Made by a program: the position numbers and the translations under genes. Below, one piece after another: positions 1 to 7,293 of a stretch of DNA of 14,072 nt. The notes beneath the pieces were generated by a model that was not told the origin of the DNA, searched no databases, and saw only the letters and a list, made by a program, of their open reading frames with translations. This stretch comes from Abditibacteriaceae bacterium (GTDB lineage: Bacteria; Armatimonadota; Abditibacteriia; Abditibacteriales; Abditibacteriaceae), in assembly GCA_031372065.1 (NCBI GenBank), contig JANMKN010000287.1, forward strand, positions 1 to 14,072, written 5' to 3'. How positions within the stretch are numbered: position 1 is the first letter of the stretch; every line of letters starts with the position of its first letter.

Positions 1-173
1 AAGAGCGAGTGCGGTTAGAGACACAATACGCTCAACTTGAAAAAGAACTTCGCGAACTCAAAACGCGACTCAACCTCATTGACTGGATTGAACACGAACT
101 GAAAGAACATCCTGATGCTTTGAAAGCCCTACTGGAGCAAATCGCTAAAGCCGACTCCCATCCCAATGCGTAA
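1..173 (+). CDS. 3' end of a hypothetical coiled-coil protein (partial)
   Basis: Frame from nt 3 is open: ERVRLETQYAQLEKELRELKTRLNLIDWIEHELKEHPDALKALLEQIAKADSHPNA, TAA at 171-173; heptad Leu pattern. Not in the ORF track because the start lies outside the window. Confidence 0.7.
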   Translation, partial: ERVRLETQYAQLEKELRELKTRLNLIDWIEHELKEHPDALKALLEQIAKADSHPNA

Positions 174-202
174 CAGGGCGACGGATTATTTGGCGACAAA
201 TA

Positions 203-232
203 ATATCAGGAGCATATCAGGATCATATCCGG
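203..232. repeat. 11-bp tandem repeat, about 2.7 copies
   Basis: ATATCAGGAGC (203-213), ATATCAGGATC (214-224), ATATCCGG (225-232). Confidence 0.85.
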
Positions 233-270
233 CGATTTTCGATGAGGATAGAAAGTGGTTTAAAGAATCT

Positions 271-696
271 ATGGCAGCAAAAGTATCAGCGAAAGCAGCA
301 CAAAAAGTGGAAGTAGAACCTGATTTAAGCCACATTACGGCGCGCTTACAGGCCTTAGCCGTTCCCATGGCTTCGCTGATTCTTGACCCCACCAATGCGC
401 GCAAGCACAGCCCGAAGAATCTGGATGCCATCGAACAGTTTCAAGGTTGGCGTCAGGAGTTGCCGCCGGTGTGGCTCCATCCCGAATGGAGCCAGCGCGA
501 GAATCCTGAACTTTTGCGCGCCATTGTGGAAACCGTAAAAACAACCCCCAATACGCGCGCTGGCTATCAATTACACAAAATGTTTGGCGCAGACTTTCAG
601 GATAAGGGCACGCGCCCCAATGTGCCTTTGGGCGGCGTGTCAAACGGTGTTTCAACGGAGGGGGTGCCACTGCACAGTGGCAGTCATGGCAATTAA
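271..696 (+). pseudogene. Probable chimeric remnant: ParB/Srx-like N-terminus fused in frame to a QueE-like C-terminus
   Basis: Likely start ATG 271 (MAAKVSAK). LAVPMASLILDPTNARKHSPKNLDAI resembles the opening of phage ParB-like domains but stops before the rest of the domain. PVWLHPEWSQRE...RAGYQLHK resembles the QueE C-terminal 'L(Q/H)PEW...Q(L/T)HK' segment. No radical-SAM CxxxCxxC. Stop overlaps the folE start. Family assignment is by eye. Confidence 0.65.
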
Positions 697-1279
697 AGAT
701 TCTCACGGCACGCAAAAACAAGACACGGCGCGGCAAGCAGAAAACGCCGTCCGACAACTTTTAATCCACGTCGGCGAAGACCCGGCACGCGATGGTTTGG
801 TGGATACGCCGGGCCGCGTGGTGCGCGCCTTCGAGGAATTAACCTATGGCTATCGTCTTGAGCCGGCGGCGATTTTGGGACGCGTTTTTGATGAGCGATG
901 TGAGGAGATGGTCATTTTGCGCGATATTTCGTTTCAAAGTTTGTGTGAGCATCACTTGCTGGGTTTTGGCGGCACGGTGGATATCGGTTATCTGCCGAAT
1001 CAAAACGTGGTCGGCCTTTCCAAGTTAGCACGCCTTGTCGAATGCTTCGCGCGGCGCTTGCAGATTCAAGAGCGCCTCACTCAAGAAATTGCTCATGCGC
1101 TCGAAACCCATTTAAAGGCGCGCGGCGTGGCAGTTGTGGTGCGCGCCCATCATTCCTGTATGGGTTGTCGTGGTGTGCGGCAGCCCGGCGCGCAAATGGT
1201 GACGCATTGCTTGCTTGGCGAACTGCGCGATAATACGCTTTTGCGCGGCGAATTTTTAGATTTGATTCGGATCAAATAG
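686..1279 (+). CDS. folE: GTP cyclohydrolase I
   Basis: Motifs GEDPARDGLVDTPGRV, SLCEHH, VGLSKLARLV, RRLQIQERLT, HSCMGCRGV (Zn ligands C, H, C). Start placed at ATG 686 (197 aa), which overlaps the upstream gene, rather than 584. Confidence 0.97.
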   Translation: MAIKDSHGTQKQDTARQAENAVRQLLIHVGEDPARDGLVDTPGRVVRAFEELTYGYRLEPAAILGRVFDERCEEMVILRDISFQSLCEHHLLGFGGTVDIGYLPNQNVVGLSKLARLVECFARRLQIQERLTQEIAHALETHLKARGVAVVVRAHHSCMGCRGVRQPGAQMVTHCLLGELRDNTLLRGEFLDLIRIK

Positions 1280-1324
1280 AAAAGCACATCCAAACGAACG
1301 ATCGAAGAAGATAAAGAAAGAACA

Positions 1325-1411
1325 GTCACTTTTGTCACTTTTTGGGTGCAAAAATGTGACACCATAGGGAGTGACAAGAGGCAGTGAAAAGGGCAGTGAA
1401 AAGGGCAGTGA
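1325..1411. repeat. Repeat cluster upstream of terS: 9-bp tandem, imperfect inverted repeat and 12-bp tandem
   Basis: GTCACTTTT x2 (1325-1342); TGTCACTTTTTG / CAAAAATGTGACA inverted pair with a 1-nt bulge (1333-1361); GGCAGTGAAAAG x2 plus GGCAGTGA (1380-1411). Confidence 0.85.
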
Positions 1412-1418
1412 GCAAAGC

Positions 1419-1928
1419 ATGGCACGTAAGGACGCAATGCCGGGAGCGAAAGAGAAAGCAGCGCAACGACGGCGCGCTGCCATCGAATACCGAAAGGCGG
1501 GGCTGACCTACCGTGCGATTGCGGATCGTTTGGGTATCAGCCCCCAACAAGCCTACCGCGACGTGCAAGCTACGCTGAAGCAAATTCATGTTGAATCGCT
1601 TGAAACGGCAGAAGAGATGGTTCAACTGGAACAGGAGCGGTTAGATAACTATTTAGTTGCATTGGCCGGGCGCCTATCCAAAGGAGAATTGCAGGCCATT
1701 GACCGGGCCATAAAAATCAGCGAAAGTCGCCGCAAACTGTTGGGATTGGATGCCCCGATGAAGATTGCGCCCACCAATCCCGAAGGTGATAAGTCTTATG
1801 CCCCGGCTTCTCTTGATGAACGACTTGCAGCCCTTGATGAACGACTTGGCCGCATTGGCGCCTTACTTGACCGAGGGCGAACTCGCCGAGATCGAAACGC
1901 AAATCGCAGCGATTCAGGGGGAGCTTGA
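1419..1928 (+). CDS. terS: Terminase small subunit (HTH-containing)
   Basis: N-terminal HTH (AIEYRKAGLTYRAIADRLGISPQQAYRDV), helical middle, AIDRAIKISESRRKLLGLDAP segment typical of phage TerS; overlaps terL. Start uncertain (GTG 1371, ATG 1419 or ATG 1437). Confidence 0.85.
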   Translation: MARKDAMPGAKEKAAQRRRAAIEYRKAGLTYRAIADRLGISPQQAYRDVQATLKQIHVESLETAEEMVQLEQERLDNYLVALAGRLSKGELQAIDRAIKISESRRKLLGLDAPMKIAPTNPEGDKSYAPASLDERLAALDERLGRIGALLDRGRTRRDRNANRSDSGGA

Positions 1929-3807
1929 AGAAGATGAAATTGAAGTCGAAGCCACTTTGTGCCGGGCCAAACTCAGTGAGTTCTTTCGCCGCAGTTGGCA
2001 CGTTTTGGAGCCGACCACACCTTTAGCCGATAACTGGCACCTTGATGCCATTTGTGACCATGTGCAAGCCGTTTTGGAAGATTGGATGGCACGCCAGCGC
2101 TGGCTAATGAGGCAGGAGAAGAGGAAGAGGGAATTAGACCCGCACGATTTGGGCAATTTGGGCAGTTCATTGGGCAACGCATCAACGACTGCCTTGTTCT
2201 CCCGTTTGTTTAATCAAGCGCCGACGGATAAACGCTTGGATAAACCGGCATCACTGGCACTCAATGATCCTAAGCCTGAACTGCGCATTCAAAATTTGCT
2301 TATCAATGTGCCGCCGGGCACAGCCAAGTCGCGTATTGTGGGCGTGTGCGCTCCGGCGTGGATGTGGCTGCATTGGCCGAGTTGGCGCGCTTTGTTTTTA
2401 TCGGCGAACCCGGATATCGCTTTGCGCGACAGCACCTTTTGCCGGGACTTGATTGAAAGTGATTGGTATCAGAGCCGCTTCAAACCAACATGGAAACTGC
2501 GCAATGATAAAAACGCTGTCAGCGACTACTGGAACACGGCAGGTGGGCAACGCCGCGCCAAAGGTTGGTTCGCTAAGATCACCGGCAGTAGAAATGATTG
2601 TTTGTGTGTGGATGATCCCCATGATGCCGACTCGCGCAATCTCTCCGACCAGAACATGGCGACGGTTAATGAGCGCTGGGACAGCACAATTCGCAACCGC
2701 GTTAGCGATCCGCAAAATTCAGTGCGCATCGGCATCATGCAGCGCCTTCGGCAAAACGACTGGTCGGGTCATGTGCTCTCCTCAGGCATCTGGCATCTGG
2801 TCTGTATTCCCCAAGAGTTTGAACCGCAGCGCCTCAAAGAAAACCCCGATTACAAAAAGGGCGAATATCCCCGTGTTACCAAAATCGGCTGGCGCGATCC
2901 TCGCTCGAAGCTGGGCGAACTGCTTTTTCCCCAGCGCTTTACGCCAGAGTTTTTGGAAGAAGAAAAAGCTGTCGGTTCGTTTTATTATGCGGGGCAACAG
3001 CAACAGCGGCCCGCTCCGGCCCAAGGCGGCATCTGGAAGCGCTATTGGTGGGGCTTCTGGGTGCCTTCTGGCCTTACCCTGCCACCGGTTACGATGCAAC
3101 TGGCCGATGGCACAATTTATGAGCACCAGCAGCGCACTTTGCCTGCCCGCTTTGAATTTCAATTGCAGTCGTGGGATATGGCGTTTGGCAAAAGTGAAAC
3201 CAGTTCGATGGTGGTCGGGCAGATATGGTCGCTCGCTGGCGTTGACCGTTTCCTGCTTGATCAATTGCGCAAACAAATGGATTTCACCGAAACGCAAAAT
3301 GCCTTTCGCCAACTTTCCCAAGATTGGCCGCAAGTCGAAACCAAACTGGTCGAAAACAAAGCCAACGGCCCAGCGATTATTTCCAGTCTCAAAGGCGAAT
3401 TCTCCGGCCTCATTGCAGTTGAACCCGAAGGCGACAAAGTGGCGCGTGTGATGGCCGAGCAGGGCACCTTGGAAAGCGGCCATGTCTGGCTGCCGCATCC
3501 GGGCCTCTTTGATGGGACGGTGTTGCAGCAACTGGAAACGCGGCACCCTCAGCTATTTCAAATTTTGCAGCGCAGCATTCGTCAACGGCTGGAACGGTTG
3601 GACAACAAAGCGCACTCAGGCAAGGTTTCCAATTGGGTCGAAGAATTTGTCGAAGAAGCGGCCGGCTTCCCCAATGGCGCTTTTAAAGATGTGGTGGACA
3701 CTGCTTCGCAAGGCTTGCTAAGGATCCGCAAATTCATCCAGCAGCGTGACCAAAGCAGCGAAATTCAGCCCTCGACATCAGGACGGCAGTTTTTTAATCG
3801 GAGATAG
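1816..3807 (+). CDS. terL: Terminase large subunit
   Basis: Walker A region LLINVPPGTAKS, Walker B CLCVDDPHD, coupling motif IMQRL, RNase H-like nuclease motifs QSWDMAF, LVENKANG, DKVAR, FPNGAFKDVVD. Start probably ATG 1816 or 1837. Confidence 0.96.
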   Translation: MNDLQPLMNDLAALAPYLTEGELAEIETQIAAIQGELEEDEIEVEATLCRAKLSEFFRRSWHVLEPTTPLADNWHLDAICDHVQAVLEDWMARQRWLMRQEKRKRELDPHDLGNLGSSLGNASTTALFSRLFNQAPTDKRLDKPASLALNDPKPELRIQNLLINVPPGTAKSRIVGVCAPAWMWLHWPSWRALFLSANPDIALRDSTFCRDLIESDWYQSRFKPTWKLRNDKNAVSDYWNTAGGQRRAKGWFAKITGSRNDCLCVDDPHDADSRNLSDQNMATVNERWDSTIRNRVSDPQNSVRIGIMQRLRQNDWSGHVLSSGIWHLVCIPQEFEPQRLKENPDYKKGEYPRVTKIGWRDPRSKLGELLFPQRFTPEFLEEEKAVGSFYYAGQQQQRPAPAQGGIWKRYWWGFWVPSGLTLPPVTMQLADGTIYEHQQRTLPARFEFQLQSWDMAFGKSETSSMVVGQIWSLAGVDRFLLDQLRKQMDFTETQNAFRQLSQDWPQVETKLVENKANGPAIISSLKGEFSGLIAVEPEGDKVARVMAEQGTLESGHVWLPHPGLFDGTVLQQLETRHPQLFQILQRSIRQRLERLDNKAHSGKVSNWVEEFVEEAAGFPNGAFKDVVDTASQGLLRIRKFIQQRDQSSEIQPSTSGRQFFNRR

Positions 3808-3840
3808 GGAAGCGGAGATAGGGAAGCGGAGATAGGGAAG
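3799..3840. repeat. Perfect 14-bp tandem repeat x3 at the terL-portal junction
   Basis: CGGAGATAGGGAAG at 3799, 3813 and 3827, plus a partial CGGAGATA at 3849-3856 that provides the portal RBS. Confidence 0.97.
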
Positions 3841-3859
3841 TTGCCAAACGGAGATAACC

Positions 3860-5608
3860 ATGAACTGGAAAGACCTTAACAAAGCGGATGAGGCCAAAGC
3901 TCTCGTGCCTGCTCTCACGCCTTTGCAACAAAAGACCTTGCAATTCGCGGGCGGCGATTATTGGGGCGTTTCGGGCATGGATTGGGCAGGCACACCGATT
4001 CCTGCCGATGCTGCCAACCGAGACGCCACCATCGCGGAATTGCAAAACAGCTTCACGCCCCAGCCGATCACCGAAGAAGTGATCGAAGGCTATGTCAATG
4101 GCATCGTCGGCGATGAACCCTCGTTTGAATTTACTCTTGATCGCTCGCTTGGCAAAAAAGGCGACAAACAGAGCGGGCAGGAACTTACCGAAGATGAACA
4201 AGCGACGCCGCAAGAGGAAAAGTTGCTTGGCGAAGTCAACGCGGCCACTGGCGCGTGGTGGGATAAGCGCAAGGCTCATGAAACGGTGCAGGAGTTCGCC
4301 GAAAATCTTGTTGCCGCCTCGCGTGCTTCACTGCGCTATTTTGTGCCTGCGGGATTGCTCAAGGACGATGGCAGTTTGGGGACCAAAGATTGGGAAGAAG
4401 CGCTGGACAGCATTTATTTGGAAGCGCCTGCACCGGGCAGTGCAGCGGTGGCTCTTGACCGCGCTACAATGAAGCCGATTAGTGTGTTTATTTACCAGCA
4501 CACCGAGAAGAATGCGGCGGGCAGAGAGGAAACCAAAGAGCGCGTCGAAATCAGTTTTGTGAATGAAGCAGGCATGACCGTCATTCGTATTTTGGAAGGC
4601 GATGTCATTTTCGAAGAAGGCGAAGCGGAGCAGGACACGGGCGGCGAATTGTATGTGGATGAAGTGGTTTTGCGCAAACCCATTATTAGCGACGCCACAC
4701 TGCGGCAGCAAAAGGCGCTTAATGTCATTAATACGATGATGTTGCATAACGGCAATCTGGCCGGATTCCGCGAGCGCAATTACATCAACTTGCAGCGCCC
4801 GCAAAGGAAAGTCGTTGATGATTCCACGCTTGGTTATCACTACGAACCCGATGTGCCTGAAATCGGCCCGGCCAGTGCTAACTTTCTGACCGGCATCACT
4901 TACAAAGACATTGACAACAATGAAAAAATCGCCAATGGGCAAATCGTCATCACCGATCCGGTGGATCCCAAGCCGCTCATCGAAGCCGCTGACCGTTTCG
5001 AGCGCAACATCTACCAAGCGGTGCGCCAGCTTCATGTGATGATTAGCGGCGATGCCGTTGCCTCTGCGGTATCAAGGGTGCAGGCCCGCGCTGACTTCAT
5101 TGAGCGCCTGAAAAAGATCAAACCAAAAATCGAAGGCGTCTTGCGCTCTCGTTTGCGCGGCGCGGTTCTGCTGGCGTGCCATTTGGCGGGTGATAGGGCG
5201 CGCCTTGAAGCCATAAAAACGCAGTTGCGCGTCAACGTCAATTGTCGCCTCAGTCCCGGCCCACTGACGCCCGAAGAACGTCAAGCCGTGATTGCACTTT
5301 ACGGTGCGGGCATTATCCCATTGGAAACAGCGCAGATTCTGATTGGCATCGAAGATGTGGATGCCGAAGCCCAAAAACTGCGTGCCGAACGCGATGAATC
5401 GTTGTCACTGATTTTGGATCGCGCGAAGATTGTGCGCGAACTGACACAGGGCGGTGCGGGCATCGAATCGGCGGCGCTGGTGGCTGGCTTTAGCAAAGAG
5501 GACGCGAAGAAGCTGGCCGAAGGTGATTTCGTGATGCCCGTAGGCAAAAAGCCAGTAGGCCAAGACAACAAAGGGGATGATGAACATGGCGGAACAGGAA
5601 CAGTTTAA
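3860..5608 (+). CDS. Portal protein
   Basis: 582 aa directly after terL, GGAG RBS upstream; helical C-terminal region (LYGAGIIPLETAQILIGIEDVDAEAQKL) resembles SPP1 gp6-like portals. Mainly synteny and size. Confidence 0.85.
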   Translation: MNWKDLNKADEAKALVPALTPLQQKTLQFAGGDYWGVSGMDWAGTPIPADAANRDATIAELQNSFTPQPITEEVIEGYVNGIVGDEPSFEFTLDRSLGKKGDKQSGQELTEDEQATPQEEKLLGEVNAATGAWWDKRKAHETVQEFAENLVAASRASLRYFVPAGLLKDDGSLGTKDWEEALDSIYLEAPAPGSAAVALDRATMKPISVFIYQHTEKNAAGREETKERVEISFVNEAGMTVIRILEGDVIFEEGEAEQDTGGELYVDEVVLRKPIISDATLRQQKALNVINTMMLHNGNLAGFRERNYINLQRPQRKVVDDSTLGYHYEPDVPEIGPASANFLTGITYKDIDNNEKIANGQIVITDPVDPKPLIEAADRFERNIYQAVRQLHVMISGDAVASAVSRVQARADFIERLKKIKPKIEGVLRSRLRGAVLLACHLAGDRARLEAIKTQLRVNVNCRLSPGPLTPEERQAVIALYGAGIIPLETAQILIGIEDVDAEAQKLRAERDESLSLILDRAKIVRELTQGGAGIESAALVAGFSKEDAKKLAEGDFVMPVGKKPVGQDNKGDDEHGGTGTV

Positions 5609-5783
5609 AGACGAACGCAAGCCAGTCGTGCCGCGCGGCAAGGCGATTGAGCGCACGGATGAGGAACTGGACGAGATGACCAGCGCTGAGGCAATGGAGG
5701 CGCTGATGAACGATGCCGCAGAGGATTTTCGCGAGAATGCGCCTAAAGGCTACGAGACGCTTTTAGATTCAAAGGAGAACTGA
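5586..5783 (+). CDS. Small acidic hypothetical protein, overlapping the portal 3' end
   Basis: 65-68 aa (starts 5577/5580/5586), AAGGGG upstream, protein-like helical composition. Confidence 0.75.
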   Translation: MAEQEQFKDERKPVVPRGKAIERTDEELDEMTSAEAMEALMNDAAEDFRENAPKGYETLLDSKEN

Positions 5784-5784
5784 C

Positions 5785-6069
5785 ATGGTCGGAGGAACTG
5801 TTGTTGATGTGAAGCACCTGACTGATAAAACGGTGCTGACCGTTGAAGACCGCACTGCTGAAAGCGGTCATGGTGCGCGTGTGACCGTAAATGCGGAACC
5901 CGGCCACGATTTCAAAATGGAAGATATTGTCTGGTGGCAGGGTGGCAATATTTACTGGACGCGCAAAGGCAGCAAGCACGAGAACATTTTTAGTGATGTT
6001 GCTGTGCCAAAGATTGGCTACAGCTATGGTTACACCCACCGCAGCGAATTGGAATTGGCGGCGCTGTGA
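5785..6069 (+). CDS. Hypothetical beta-rich phage protein
   Basis: AAGGAG RBS, ATG 1 nt after the upstream stop; 94 aa with alternating hydrophobic strands and a DIVWWQGG..YWT segment. Confidence 0.8.
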   Translation: MVGGTVVDVKHLTDKTVLTVEDRTAESGHGARVTVNAEPGHDFKMEDIVWWQGGNIYWTRKGSKHENIFSDVAVPKIGYSYGYTHRSELELAAL

Positions 6070-6320
6070 CGCCCATAGCACGACGTATTTTGATGCTGTT
6101 GTATGGTGATGGCGTGAATTATACATCAGAGCAAATCAAGGCCAGAATACGCGTCATGTTTGCTGCCTTGGAAGGTTTTGACCAGGCGGTTGATGAAGCT
6201 ATCATATGGTTGGAACTGCGCGATTATGTTTGGCTGAACGATGACCACTCCGATGAACCCGTTGTGCAACTGACTACGCAAGGCATCGCAGTAGCAGAAG
6301 CAGTAGGGGCGCGATGGTAG
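6066..6320 (+). CDS. Putative winged-helix protein
   Basis: GTGA start/stop overlap; 84 aa; ARRILMLLY...AIIWLELRDYV...VQLTTQGIAVA fits the wHTH pattern ending in 'LT..G'. Confidence 0.6.
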   Translation: MTPIARRILMLLYGDGVNYTSEQIKARIRVMFAALEGFDQAVDEAIIWLELRDYVWLNDDHSDEPVVQLTTQGIAVAEAVGARW

Positions 6321-6568
6321 CATTTGCTTTGCAGGTTAATGAGTGCCGCATTTTCGGTAGTAACCACGCCGCTCTTGAGTGGGTGAATTATCGGCTTATG
6401 GGGCCAGAGCATCGCTTTGAAGTGGTGAATTCCACTATTGGTGGTGAAGTGGTGAATGTGGTCTGTGACGATGAAGAACATGCGAAGCGGCTTATGTCAC
6501 ACATGATCGAAAAAGGCGTGCCCAAATGCGCCCTGAAAATTGTGCGCAAAAATATAGTGAAGCTATGA
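6314..6568 (+). CDS. Hypothetical protein
   Basis: 84 aa, AGGGG RBS, overlaps both neighbours (ATGGTAG and ATGA). Confidence 0.7.
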   Translation: MVAFALQVNECRIFGSNHAALEWVNYRLMGPEHRFEVVNSTIGGEVVNVVCDDEEHAKRLMSHMIEKGVPKCALKIVRKNIVKL

Positions 6569-6699
6569 AACATCGCATTCCGCTTCTATCCGCTGTTGTA
6601 GCTGCCTTCAATCGCGCACAGGAATCAAAAGCGCGTCGCAAATCATTCCGGGCCAAACGCAGTAAGCGGAAATACCCGACACACAAAAGAGAGAAATAG
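6565..6699 (+). CDS. Small, highly basic hypothetical protein (44 aa; below ORF-track cutoff)
   Basis: ATGA overlap with the upstream stop; MKHRIPLLSAVVAAFNRAQESKARRKSFRAKRSKRKYPTHKREK, TAG 6697-6699; ends 9 nt before the next start. Confidence 0.6.
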   Translation: MKHRIPLLSAVVAAFNRAQESKARRKSFRAKRSKRKYPTHKREK

Positions 6700-6708
6700 A
6701 GAGAAATC

Positions 6709-7263
6709 ATGACCCTGATCGTGGGGGTGGTGAAAAACAATGAGGTCTGGATTGGCGGCGATTCCTACATGGAAATCAACCAAATCTCGCAGACCACAGC
6801 GCGCCCCAAAGTCTTTCGCAAGTTTGAACCCCAGAGCGGGCGCCCCGTTCTTATTGGGCAGTGTGGTGATGCCATGCTTGGACAGATCGCTGAGTTTCAG
6901 TTTGATGTGTTAGAGCGTCCTGAAGGTGGGGATATATTTCGGCACGTGTGTGATGGCATCGCACAACCGCTTTTGAACGCCATTAATGCGCGGGCCGAAT
7001 CGCTCAAATTGAAGGGCAAGGACTGGCCCAGAGGTCGCTTTCTGATTGGTTATGAAGGCCGATTGTTTATCATCGACAGACAGTTCTATGTCTCCGAAAC
7101 AACCGGTGAATTTAACTCAATTGGCGCAGGTGAAGATGCGGCTTTAGGTTGTCTGTTTGCCACCAAGCGACTGGCTCCCACAGCCAGAGCGCAAAAGGCA
7201 TTAGAAGCTGCGGCAAAATACAGCAGCTTGGTCGCGCCTCCCTTCCACATCGAAAAGCTGTGA
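6709..7263 (+). CDS. HslV/proteasome-beta-like Ntn-hydrolase (Thr peptidase family)
   Basis: After Met removal: Thr1, Asp17-Ser18, Lys33 in proteasome-beta spacing (TLIVG...IGGDS...PKVF), then IGQCGD, FLIG, SIGAG...ALG and ALEAA...VAPPF. Confidence 0.88.
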   Translation: MTLIVGVVKNNEVWIGGDSYMEINQISQTTARPKVFRKFEPQSGRPVLIGQCGDAMLGQIAEFQFDVLERPEGGDIFRHVCDGIAQPLLNAINARAESLKLKGKDWPRGRFLIGYEGRLFIIDRQFYVSETTGEFNSIGAGEDAALGCLFATKRLAPTARAQKALEAAAKYSSLVAPPFHIEKL

Positions 7264-7293
7264 AAGTCCCATTTTGAACGTGAAATCGCCTTT

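Noticed and set aside
166..270. ORF-track start at 166 for the chimeric gene
   Set aside because: The extension crosses the 11-bp tandem repeat and looks intergenic; ATG 271 is more plausible, though not proven.
584..685. N-terminal extension of folE
   Set aside because: Lies inside the upstream ORF; FolE similarity begins after ATG 686.
2453..3451. 332-aa alternative-frame ORF inside terL
   Set aside because: Fully nested in a motif-rich gene; R/S/A/W/C-rich composition typical of an off-frame read; no RBS or motif.
2086..3633. Inteins in terL
   Set aside because: Both insertions are far too short and lack the Cys/Ser start and His-Asn end.
3799..3856. Possible mini-CRISPR array
   Set aside because: Units are 14 bp and directly adjacent with no spacers; no cas genes.
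2782..5035. Long minus-strand ORFs (2782-3546, 3794-4279, 4328-5035) and similar ones elsewhere
   Set aside because: Antisense shadows of terL, portal and other + strand genes; no recognisable domains.
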